Shown one piece after another: positions 40,240 through 49,176 of a stretch of 52,159 nt of DNA (positions are counted from its first letter, which is position 1; every line of letters starts with the position of its first letter). Source of the DNA: Limisphaerales bacterium (GTDB lineage Bacteria > Verrucomicrobiota > Verrucomicrobiia > Limisphaerales > SIBE01). The stretch lies in contig JBGAIN010000040.1 of assembly GCA_044225505.1 (NCBI GenBank), positions 1-52,159 of the forward strand. Direction: 5' to 3'. Under the pieces are notes generated by a model, which had not been told where the DNA came from, searched no databases, and saw only the letters and a list, made by a program, of their open reading frames with translations. A program made the position numbers and the translations under genes.

Positions 40240-40683
40240 AAGTTCATCATCGCTTCTTTATCTTCGCTGATCGGGTTGTTTTTGCCATAGGGTAGGGGCT
40301 GAAAAATGGTTTGGACGAGCTCTGAGGACGGGTCGGTTTGACCATTGATTGGAATTCTCCATTGCCCAGTTGGAAGGCAGTTCCTGCGGCGGGGGCATCG
40401 GTTGACAAAGCCAGAGGCGTCGGGTGATTCTGCGCATTTTCGGCGATTCCCACCGGTTGAGGAGTGTGGAATTCACCCATTCGGTGTTGGACGGCGGGAT
40501 TGTCGAGAGTGTTGAACGTTGCTTAAGTGGTTGATTATCTGGAGTGTATGGTTAATCCCGTTAAACATGCGAATGGAGGCATAGTGAGTGCTACCCTTTT
40601 TACGAGTCCTGCGTGTAGTCCAAGATTGACAGTGCCTGAACGCAGATGAAACTACGACTGCACGCAACCGGATTGCGATACCA

Positions 40684-42015
40684 ATGCGCCGAATGAAGCA
40701 ACGAATTCCCCTGACTTTGCTCGCGATTTGTTTCAGCCTACTTACCGTAGGACGACCAGCATTTGCGGCTTCGGCAGTTGAACCCTCCCCGACTCCCCTC
40801 ACTGATACCACCGTCTCGGTGCTGGCAACGGATCCGACGGCCCTGGTTGGGGCGAGCTTGGGTGCCTTTACATTTATTCGGACCGGGTCGACCAACGATG
40901 ATTTGGCGGTGCCGTTCACTTACTCGGGCACTGCGATCTACGGGGTCGATTTTGAAGAAACGGACAGTTGGGCGAGAGCAACGGGGCCTCGGTTTGTGAC
41001 GATTCCTAAAGGTCTTTATGCAACGGATTTGGTGGTTCAACCCAACTTCAACGCTCGACTGCGTGGGAATAAGACGGTGGATATCACGTTGGATGCGAGC
41101 ATCCTGGGAGCGGATCTGGATACGAAGCATGCGAAGGCGGAAGTTCGGATCGTCGACAACATTTTCAATGATAATCCACCCTCGGTATCGCTGACAGCGC
41201 CGTTGAATAACAGTGTGTTAGCCTTGCCAGCAACCGTCGTGATCGCTGCCGAGGCGTCGGACATGGACGACGAGATCCAAAAGGTGAGCTTCTACGCCAA
41301 TGACAGTTTTCTGGGAGTCGTGGTCAGCAGCCCGTTTGTTTTTCGCTGGGTGAATCCTCGGCCGGGAGATTACGATTTGTTTGCCCGCGCGATCGACCAG
41401 GCTGGGAAAAGCACCCTGTCGCAGCCCATCCGTATTAAAGTGACGGGGGTGGCCCCGACGATCTCGTTCGCAGCCCCGCTCGACAAATCAAGCTATCCTG
41501 CCTTAGCGGATGTTCCGATTCGAATCAATGCGACAGGGATCGGTGATCTTTCGGTTCGGATTTTTTATGATGGCTCGAACATTCTTGGGGATCTAACGAA
41601 GGCCCCGTACGCGATCACTTGGAATAACGTCCCGTCTGGGAAGCATACCATCACGGCCAGAGTGACAGATGTGGTGGGCCAGACCGCGTCCGCCTCGATT
41701 CAATTTACCGTGGCTGATCAAAGCCCAACGGTAAAGATCGCGAACCCGACGAGCGGTAGCAATTTTTCTAAAGGAACCGACATCGTCTTGACCGCTCGCG
41801 CTGCGGCGCCGAATTCGACGATTAAAGATGTGACATTTTGGGTGAATCGGCGGATCTTAGGGAAGGGAACGCCATCCGGGACCGATCCAAACCTATTTCA
41901 ATTCACGTGGTTAGATGCAAAACCAAATTTCTACCTGATACAAGCGACGGCAACCAACACCAACGGAACAGAAGGAACTTCCGAGGCGGTCTATATTTCC
42001 GTCTCCGACAATTGA
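40684..42015 (+). CDS. Secreted protein with Calx-beta-like domain and three Ig-like (Big) domains
   Basis: Signal peptide, RTGSTNDDLAV..SGTAIYGVDF, repeats of P.V....P......A.D..I.KV.FY...PF.F.W....G.Y...A.A.D. Confidence 0.8.
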   Translation: MRRMKQRIPLTLLAICFSLLTVGRPAFAASAVEPSPTPLTDTTVSVLATDPTALVGASLGAFTFIRTGSTNDDLAVPFTYSGTAIYGVDFEETDSWARATGPRFVTIPKGLYATDLVVQPNFNARLRGNKTVDITLDASILGADLDTKHAKAEVRIVDNIFNDNPPSVSLTAPLNNSVLALPATVVIAAEASDMDDEIQKVSFYANDSFLGVVVSSPFVFRWVNPRPGDYDLFARAIDQAGKSTLSQPIRIKVTGVAPTISFAAPLDKSSYPALADVPIRINATGIGDLSVRIFYDGSNILGDLTKAPYAITWNNVPSGKHTITARVTDVVGQTASASIQFTVADQSPTVKIANPTSGSNFSKGTDIVLTARAAAPNSTIKDVTFWVNRRILGKGTPSGTDPNLFQFTWLDAKPNFYLIQATATNTNGTEGTSEAVYISVSDN

Positions 42016-42018
42016 ACT

Positions 42019-44010
42019 GTGCCTGAGAGCAAACAAGCTGGGGGGGGCATTGGGTGGGGCTCGGCATTGAGGGCCTGGCTCTTTCTTTTGGCAATGATCG
42101 CTCCATTTCGGAGCGATGCCCATCCTTTAGACGAATGGGCGCTTCGGCCTTTGCCTGAGAGTGGGATTTACGGCTTGGCCCACGGAGCGAATGTTTTCGT
42201 CGCTGTCGGCGGCGATGGCACAATTCTGACTTCATCCGACAAGACCACTTGGATTTATCGTGATTCCCAGTCCTTTTCTTCGTTGGCCGGAGTGACCTAC
42301 GGCAATGGCTCGTTCGTGGCGGTCGGCAGCTTTGGTGCGGTGCTGACGTCGCCCGATGGAACGGTCTGGTCGACTCAAGACTCTGGAGTGTTTCTTTCCC
42401 TTTCGAGCGTCTGTTTTGGCGGAAGTATGATGGTCGCTGTCGGCGAGTTCGGGACGATTTTGACATCGTGGAATGGTGTCGATTGGGTAGAGCGTGACTC
42501 TGGCACAACGGAGTGGCTGACGGGCGTCACCTACGCCCAGGGCCGCTTTGTCGCGGTCGGGACGGTCGGTACTATCCTGGTATCGAATGACGGAATCACC
42601 TGGAACGCCCGTGAATCGAAGACCAGGTTCGACTTACTCGGGATCGCTTTCGGCAACGCTACTTATGTCGGAGTTGGTTCCGACGGAACTGTCCTGACCT
42701 CGATCGACAGTAGGATTTGGACGTATCAAAACTCCGGCACCGAAGCGCAGATCAACGCCGTGAGCTTTAGCGGGCAGAACTTCCTCGCGGTCGGCGCCGA
42801 CGGCACGATTCTTTCCTCGCCCGACGGAGTCGCCTGGACAGCCGAGGATGCTGGCAGTGACGAGTCTTTGCTCGCTGTGGTCTATGGCGATGCGGGATTT
42901 GTGGCCTCAGGGAATTTAGGTGAAATTCTGACTTCGCCGGATGGAATCGATTGGGAATGGCAGATATCCGGAACGGCGCAGTCTTTCTCTGGTGTCGCTT
43001 ACGAGGGTGGAATGTTTGTGGCGGTGGGGGACCGCGGGAAGCTCTTCACGTCGCTGGACGGCCAGGCTTGGGCCAGTCAGTTTTCCGGAACCGTCGCCTG
43101 GTTATCCGGCGTCACCCACGGGATGACGAACTTTGTGGCGGTGGGCGGGAGAGGCACGGTGTTGACGTCGCCCAACGCGGTGGATTGGATCGCCCAAGAT
43201 GCTGGAGTGCCCAATTGGCGTTCGGGCCAAGGCCTTAATAGTGTCGCCTATGGTCGCGACCGTTTCGTCACTGTCGGCGACCAGGGAATAATCCTGACGT
43301 CGGTTGACGGAGCACATTGGACGAGTGTCGTTTCTGGGGTGGCCGTCTCCTTATCCCGGGTCGCCTTTTTGAACGATCTATTTATCGTTGTCGGCGACCG
43401 GGGGACGATCCTGACATCGGCTGACGGCTTGAACTGGGCTAGCCAAAACTCCGGAACGACCGGCTTCCTCCTTGGGATTGCGCACGGCTCCGACACCTTT
43501 GTGGTGGTGGGTAAGGGGGGGATTGTATTAACGTCGCCGAACGCAGTCCTCTGGACGAGCCGAGCCTCCGGAACGACCATTAGCTTGTTCGGCGTTAAGT
43601 ATGGTAACGGCGAGTTCGTCACGGTCGGCAACTTCGGAACAATACTGACCTCGTCCGATGGCAAGTCCTGGACTGACCGAAGCCCGAATGTTGTCGAACC
43701 CTTCTTTGACGTTGCTTTTGGTCTGAATACTTTCGTGGCGGTCGGAAACTGGCAGATGATTTTCCAATCCAGCCCTGTCTCAGCACCGTCCGTGAGTCTT
43801 GAGCTGAACCGGTTAGATTCGAGTCAATTGCATTCGCTCAGAATCACGATCCGTGGCCAGACTGGTCAAACAGTCGCTCTACAGGCTTCGACCAGTTTCT
43901 CGCAATGGGAGACTCTAACGAATCTTTCCCTGACAAACGGTGCTGCGTCGTACCTCGATCCTCAGGCGGCTAACTTTAGCCAGCGAGTCTATCGCGCGGT
44001 TGCGCCTTGA
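42019..44010 (+). CDS. Secreted BNR/YVTN-like repeat beta-propeller protein with C-terminal verrucomicrobial domain
   Basis: Signal peptide; 14 repeats of about 39 aa (FVAVG..GTILTS.DG..W, last one partial); tail LQASTSFSQW...YLDPQAANFSQRVYRAVAP. Confidence 0.85.
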   Translation: MPESKQAGGGIGWGSALRAWLFLLAMIAPFRSDAHPLDEWALRPLPESGIYGLAHGANVFVAVGGDGTILTSSDKTTWIYRDSQSFSSLAGVTYGNGSFVAVGSFGAVLTSPDGTVWSTQDSGVFLSLSSVCFGGSMMVAVGEFGTILTSWNGVDWVERDSGTTEWLTGVTYAQGRFVAVGTVGTILVSNDGITWNARESKTRFDLLGIAFGNATYVGVGSDGTVLTSIDSRIWTYQNSGTEAQINAVSFSGQNFLAVGADGTILSSPDGVAWTAEDAGSDESLLAVVYGDAGFVASGNLGEILTSPDGIDWEWQISGTAQSFSGVAYEGGMFVAVGDRGKLFTSLDGQAWASQFSGTVAWLSGVTHGMTNFVAVGGRGTVLTSPNAVDWIAQDAGVPNWRSGQGLNSVAYGRDRFVTVGDQGIILTSVDGAHWTSVVSGVAVSLSRVAFLNDLFIVVGDRGTILTSADGLNWASQNSGTTGFLLGIAHGSDTFVVVGKGGIVLTSPNAVLWTSRASGTTISLFGVKYGNGEFVTVGNFGTILTSSDGKSWTDRSPNVVEPFFDVAFGLNTFVAVGNWQMIFQSSPVSAPSVSLELNRLDSSQLHSLRITIRGQTGQTVALQASTSFSQWETLTNLSLTNGAASYLDPQAANFSQRVYRAVAP

Positions 44011-44255
44011 GCGGGAGCAGTGTGCAGAACGCGCGATGGCTTGTGTGGCGTCGTGCATAACCAGTGGTTCGCGCGATTTTGCGTCTGCCGGGGCGCCAAT
44101 CATCGGCGCCGTTTCTTGGTGGCGGTAATAATGGATTACTAACGCTTGGTCGTTCCCCTGACGGTAATGTCAGGATCTGTGTCAGGATCTGGCCCCGCTT
44201 TGTCAAACTCTCCCGAGATTCCTGGGCTGCGTTTTACGGCCGGTAAACCCACTCC

Positions 44256-45044
44256 TCACGTGATCGCAAAGCCGTCATCGATAGGAAGATCAGCGCCGGT
44301 GATGTGACGCGCCTCGTCGCTCGCCAAAAACAAGACTGCCGACGCAATTTGTTCCGGTTCGGCGAACCCTCGTTCCGCCACCAGGACTTTGAGAGCTGCT
44401 TCTCGTCCAGCGACGTCGGCGACGTCTTTCGGCCACATCTCCGTCCCTTCCCACAGGGTTGTGGCAACGGCTCCGGGCGAAATAGAATTAACGCGAATGT
44501 TCTGGGATGAACCTTCCAAAGCGGCAATGCGCGTGAAAAATCGGAGCGCTGCTTTGCTTGTGCCGTAGGGCGCGTTTCTCGCCAGGGGTTTCGTCCCAGC
44601 AGCAGAGCCAATGTTAATGATGCAACCGCCGCGTTCCTGCATGGCTTTCATCGCTTGGCGGGTTCCCAGAAAAACACCGTCAAGATTCGTCGCCATGACT
44701 CGGCGCCAGTCCGTCAGGCTAGTCTCCGTGATGGCCCGTGCAAAGGAGATACCTGCGCAGTTGACGGCAATGTCCAAATGGCCCCACTCCGAAAGGATGA
44801 GATTCATCGTCTCTTCCCACTCGGACTCCGACGTCACGTCGAGTTTGCAGGCCAGAGTCTGTGCTCCCGAAGAGTTGATAGCGACGTAAGCTTGTTTGAG
44901 TTCGTCGTCGTTGAGGTCGGTCAGAGCGACCTTGGCTCCCGCATTCGCCAGTTTCCAGGCCGTGGCTTTTCCGATCCCCGAGGCCGCCCCCGTGATGACG
45001 GCGGTTTTGCCATCGACCCTTAGGGCACTGGTTCCCTTTGTCAT
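44256..45044 (-). CDS. SDR family NAD(P)-dependent oxidoreductase
   Basis: TGAASGIG, VNCAG, NIGS, YGTSK, IRVNSISPG, ITG..L.IDDG; ATG 45044. Confidence 0.93.
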   Translation of the reverse strand: MTKGTSALRVDGKTAVITGAASGIGKATAWKLANAGAKVALTDLNDDELKQAYVAINSSGAQTLACKLDVTSESEWEETMNLILSEWGHLDIAVNCAGISFARAITETSLTDWRRVMATNLDGVFLGTRQAMKAMQERGGCIINIGSAAGTKPLARNAPYGTSKAALRFFTRIAALEGSSQNIRVNSISPGAVATTLWEGTEMWPKDVADVAGREAALKVLVAERGFAEPEQIASAVLFLASDEARHITGADLPIDDGFAIT

Positions 45045-45153
45045 GCCTTTAGGTTGCCAGCGACATGGCCCCAAGGCGAGCTCGCAATTCTAGCGGTGTG
45101 GATGCGATCGCCGCCAGGCTCGAACTCTTCCACCATCAGGTCGAGGCACGGTG

Positions 45154-45399
45154 TCAATACCGGAGGCTTTGGGAAGCCCGCCAGCGTGCCGCGCTCCTTT
45201 TAAGCAGCAGAACCCGACCGAGGGCGATGAGGAATTCCTGCTGGGTTGGCGATCCCGCGTGTTGCAGGGACCGAACAAACTCAGGGTTGTCTAGGAGCGA
45301 CTGCCAATCCGACGGTTCAAACGAGGTTTGGATTCGCTCGCAAAGCGCCGGTGGAACAGTCAAAGGGGCGGCCTTGGGCATACTCGCAGTCTCTGTCAT
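45154..45399 (-). CDS. Possible small hypothetical protein (81 aa)
   Basis: ATG ORF co-oriented with the SDR in otherwise empty space; no motif. Confidence 0.35.
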   Translation of the reverse strand: MTETASMPKAAPLTVPPALCERIQTSFEPSDWQSLLDNPEFVRSLQHAGSPTQQEFLIALGRVLLLKRSAARWRASQSLRY

Positions 45400-45718
45400 A
45401 GTTCGCGTCCCATCTTGACTCGGATAGCGGCTGTGCCAATCGGACGAGTGCCGGTACTTTTGTCGGTTCTTGTCTGACAGGAGAAGCCTTCCTGCGCCAC
45501 GGAATGCTCTCGGGCAATTGTCTCAAAACACTTCGTTTCGGCGCTGTTTCGTCTTGTTGCAGGACGTTCTCGACCGACTTCGACTCAGGTTTCCATCGAG
45601 ACGCCAGCATGCGTGACCACGCCGATGGTGCCGGAACTATTTGTGCTTAACCCAGGTGTGTATCCCGATTGGGAAAAATTTGCTCGATCAACCGCTCGGT
45701 TGCGGGATACCCGACTTT

Positions 45719-46405
45719 ATGAGCTTAATTAACGATGCTCTAAAACGAGCCCAGCGTGCGCAGGTTCGTTCTTTGCCTTTGTCCAGCACGGTTTTCCAGG
45801 CCGCGCCGGAGCTTCCCCGTTCCGACAAAAAGCCGCTGCCTTGGATGTGGGCGGCTTCCTGTGCCCTGGCAGCCTTGGTTTCCTGGTGTCTGGCCGTCTA
45901 CGCTCACGTTCCAGGTGCTCGGCGGACGGAGTCTCAGGCCCTGGCCGTGGCGTCGAGTCCTAGATTGGCGACCGAGGCAAGAACAGCGGTCAGGCGAGAT
46001 ACCGGCACTTTACCGAATGCGACTCCGCTCGGCATGAATCGGAGCAACCCAAGTCCGTCCGCGGCGGCGGAAACTCGGGACATTCAGGGACAGCGCCACA
46101 ATCCCGCGAAGCTCGTGGCGGCCGTGGAAGTTTCGGTAGCGCCAAAGTTCGCCGAAAAGGTGACGAACGAGCTTCCCGCCACCAAAATGGCAGCGGCCCT
46201 AGCAGATCCCGCCAGGTTGATCTCCAAGCCTGCGGATTCGATCATTTATGTCGTCAAACCTCGTGACACACTCAGCCGAATTGCGAAGCAGCACGGGACG
46301 ACGGCAGCGGCAATTCAAGCCATAAATCGCCTCAAGTCGGAACGTATTATCGTCGGCCAAAGGTTAACTCTCCGAGAGCCAAAAGTTCAATCGAGTGGCG
46401 GATAG
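45719..46405 (+). CDS. Membrane-anchored LysM protein with GspB/ExeB-like N-terminal motif
   Basis: MSLINDALKRA start, one TM, low-complexity linker, C-terminal LysM YVVKPRDTLSRIAKQHGTT...I..INRL....I.VGQRL. Confidence 0.82.
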   Translation: MSLINDALKRAQRAQVRSLPLSSTVFQAAPELPRSDKKPLPWMWAASCALAALVSWCLAVYAHVPGARRTESQALAVASSPRLATEARTAVRRDTGTLPNATPLGMNRSNPSPSAAAETRDIQGQRHNPAKLVAAVEVSVAPKFAEKVTNELPATKMAAALADPARLISKPADSIIYVVKPRDTLSRIAKQHGTTAAAIQAINRLKSERIIVGQRLTLREPKVQSSGG

Positions 46406-46562
46406 GCCCTGCGGCAACTTGTTGGCAAGAGGAATCGACGTGAAACGTTGAATCTACGCGTGCTGCTGGGAGACCTGAAGTTGGCCCGGGAGAGCGTCGC
46501 CCCGGTCTAACCGGTGCCGTTCGGCTTGTCGGGGGGATGCTGCTTGAGTAACTTGTGATGGA

Positions 46563-47312
46563 GTGCGAGACGGCTTACCCGATGATGACCTGAACCATCC
46601 GCCCGTCACATTCGTGACGACGCGATGGACGGTAGTATTGAAAGCGGGCGCCGAGGAGGCTGACTCCGAAGCAGCGCTCGCGCAACTCTGCCGGGATTAC
46701 TGGTATCCTCTCTATGCGTATGCCCGGCGACGCGGGCTAGGGAGGCAGGATGCCGAGGACGCCACGCAAGGCTTCTTCTTGCACTTGATGGAAGGTGAGA
46801 TGCTGAAGCGGGCGAGTGCCGACCGTGGCAAATTTCGGACGTTCCTCCTTGGGTCGATGCAGCATTTCCTGGCAAACGAACATCGGGCGCAAAGCCGGTT
46901 GAAGCGGGGCGGTGGATTGACCTGCGTCGAGTTGGACTCGTTGGAGGCCGAACAGCGCTACACGCTGGAGCCAGCGGACCTGCGGAGCCCAGAAGCGCAG
47001 TTCGAGCGCAGTTGGGCGTTTGCGCTTATCGACCGGGTCTTTCGCCGGCTCGCTGCGGAATACGAAAAGGCCGGACGCAAAGCCTTGTTTGAAAAGATCC
47101 GGCCCTTTCTCGCGGCGGAGTCAGCTCGGCCTGGCTATGCGGCGCTGGCGCAGGAAGTGGGCATGAGCGCCAATTCTGTCGGCGTCATGATCCATCGGAT
47201 GCGGCAGCGTTACGGCGAGCTGTTGCGCCAAGAGATTTTGGACACGCTCTCAGGACAAGAGGAACTCGAGGGTGAACTCGACTATCTTCTCGCGGTGGTG
47301 GCGCGAGGATGA
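46563..47312 (+). CDS. ECF RNA polymerase sigma factor (kinase-associated FxTTRW type)
   Basis: FVTTRWTVV, LCRDYWYPLYAYARR, DAEDATQGFF, RGKFRTFL, FERSWA, HRMRQRY; followed by Ser/Thr kinases. Confidence 0.9.
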   Translation: MRDGLPDDDLNHPPVTFVTTRWTVVLKAGAEEADSEAALAQLCRDYWYPLYAYARRRGLGRQDAEDATQGFFLHLMEGEMLKRASADRGKFRTFLLGSMQHFLANEHRAQSRLKRGGGLTCVELDSLEAEQRYTLEPADLRSPEAQFERSWAFALIDRVFRRLAAEYEKAGRKALFEKIRPFLAAESARPGYAALAQEVGMSANSVGVMIHRMRQRYGELLRQEILDTLSGQEELEGELDYLLAVVARG

Positions 47313-47329
47313 GGGCGGCGCTAACGTTT

Positions 47330-47364
47330 TGTAAAGAACAGGAGTTTTTGGGTTAGAAGAGAAT
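47330..47364 (+). promoter_or_regulatory. Candidate ECF promoter, copy 1 (upstream of kinase 1)
   Basis: TGTAAAGAAC-N11-GGTTAGAAGAGAAT; matches the copy at 51151 with identical spacing. Confidence 0.55.
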
Positions 47365-47406
47365 AGCGGGATCTCCGGTTGCCCGTGCCGGCGCCACGCC
47401 AATAAG

Positions 47407-49176
47407 ATGCCCTCCAATGAAGTGAGTAGAGCCAGTTGCCCCGTGTGCGGCACGACCATTGCGCCAGACGCGCCTTTTGGCCAGTGTCCGCGGTGCATTT
47501 TGGCCCTGGGGCGCGGCCCGTTGCCGACCTTGAACGCGGGAGAGGAGCTGTTGCACTCAGGCCAAGTGCGGCAGTTCGGGGATTATGAACTCATTGAGGA
47601 GCTCGCTCGGGGCGGGATGGGTGTGGTGTATCGAGCACGGCAGATCAGCCTCGGGCGCGAGGTGGCCCTGAAGATGATCCTTGCGGGCGAGTTGGCCACC
47701 GCGGAATCCGTGCAGCGCTTTCGCAACGAAGCAATGGCGGCGGCTCGGCTCGATCATCCAAACATCGTGCCGGTGTATGAAATCGGAGAGCACGAGACCC
47801 AGCCCTATTTTTCGATGCGGTTGGTGACAGGCGGGCAGAACATTGCCGTGTGGGCCGGCGCACTTTCACTACCGTCAGCGGATCGTCCGGCACGAATTGT
47901 GGCGATGCTCGTGAAGGTCGCTCGCGCTGTGGCCTTCGCGCACGCACACGGAGTCCTGCATCGAGATCTCAAGCCTTCCAATATCCTTGTCGACGACAAG
48001 GATGAGCCGCAGGTCGTAGACTTTGGCGTGGCCCGAAGGATTGGCGTGGACACCGAACTCACGCTCACCGGTCAAATGGTGGGCACGCCCCGATATATGG
48101 CCCCAGAGCAGGTGCGAGGCGGGCAGCGTTCCCTCACCGCCGCGGCTGATACCTATAGCCTCGGCGCCATCCTTTATGAGTTGCTTTCGGGGCGTAAGAT
48201 TTTTGCTGCCACGGACATGCTTACTCTGCTTCGGCAGGTGGCGGGATCCCCGCCGGCGCCCCTGGCCCTCGCGGATCCGGCGCTGGAACGTATCATTCTG
48301 CGCTGCCTCCAAAAATCTCCAAGCGCACGCTATGGCAGTGCTACGGAGTTTGCCGACGCCCTCGAGGGCTGGCTGCGCCGCGAGCCGGAAACCTCTCTGA
48401 CGTCGCGACTGGCAACGTGGGCGCGGCGAAGGCCGGGTTACGCAATTCTCGCTGCCGTGGGTGCGGTGAGTGCGTTTATCGGGGCGGCCGGCTTAACCCG
48501 CATCGAGTTCGACGTGAAGGGCATCACCACGATTCCCGTCGAAAACTCTTCCTTCGAATCGCCGGATCTGGGCCATGACACGGTGGAGCGTGAACGGTTT
48601 ACCACCGAAACTCCGAAAAGCTGGGTCGCGGCGACCAATAATCATGATGACGCTGCCGTTGGCGTATTGGATCCCTACGTCAGAATGTATCGCGGTTCGG
48701 ACTTGCCAGCGCTGCCTGGCACCGCAGACGGCGCGCAGACCGGCTACTTCAACTTGCGGGCTGGTTCCAGCAATGTGTTGACTTACTCGGGATCCAGTTT
48801 GGGCCGCTTCACTCCTGGCGATACCTATACGCTGACTGTCGCCCTCGGTGGCCGCAGGGATAACGGACTGCCCGCAAGCTGGATCGGCCTCACGCTCCTG
48901 GCGAACGGAGCACCCGCAGGTCCTGGAACTGGGGCACCCGCAGTTGCCGGCGTCTTTTTCGATGTCAGCTATTCTTTCACGGCCACGGCGGCGGAGGCCG
49001 GAAAAGACATCGGCATCCAGATTTCGGCGCGCAATGACACTCGAGAATTTCAGCAGGCCAACTTCGACAATGTGCGCCTGGTGAGAACTGGATCACGACT
49101 TGGCGCGCGAGCGCTCCGGGAGGGATCCAATCGGCTGGATCTGTCCACAACCTCTCAACCGCGTGCCACTTTCTGA
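47407..49176 (+). CDS. Ser/Thr protein kinase 1: Zn ribbon, kinase, TM, beta-sandwich (CBM-like) domain
   Basis: CPVC..CPRC, ARGGMGVVY, VALK, HRDLKPSN, DFG, GTPRYMAPE; TM; VENSSFESP...FDNVRL domain. Confidence 0.92.
   Translation: MPSNEVSRASCPVCGTTIAPDAPFGQCPRCILALGRGPLPTLNAGEELLHSGQVRQFGDYELIEELARGGMGVVYRARQISLGREVALKMILAGELATAESVQRFRNEAMAAARLDHPNIVPVYEIGEHETQPYFSMRLVTGGQNIAVWAGALSLPSADRPARIVAMLVKVARAVAFAHAHGVLHRDLKPSNILVDDKDEPQVVDFGVARRIGVDTELTLTGQMVGTPRYMAPEQVRGGQRSLTAAADTYSLGAILYELLSGRKIFAATDMLTLLRQVAGSPPAPLALADPALERIILRCLQKSPSARYGSATEFADALEGWLRREPETSLTSRLATWARRRPGYAILAAVGAVSAFIGAAGLTRIEFDVKGITTIPVENSSFESPDLGHDTVERERFTTETPKSWVAATNNHDDAAVGVLDPYVRMYRGSDLPALPGTADGAQTGYFNLRAGSSNVLTYSGSSLGRFTPGDTYTLTVALGGRRDNGLPASWIGLTLLANGAPAGPGTGAPAVAGVFFDVSYSFTATAAEAGKDIGIQISARNDTREFQQANFDNVRLVRTGSRLGARALREGSNRLDLSTTSQPRATF

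Noticed and set aside
40247..40919. Minus-strand ORFs of 72-148 aa
   Set aside because: No motifs; lie in a divergent promoter region or antisense to the Ig-domain gene
42150..43770. DNA repeat array or mobile element
   Set aside because: The roughly 117 nt periodicity is explained by degenerate protein propeller repeats
44168..44191. 12 bp tandem duplication TGTCAGGATCTG x2
   Set aside because: Only two copies between convergent genes; no associated element or evidence of function
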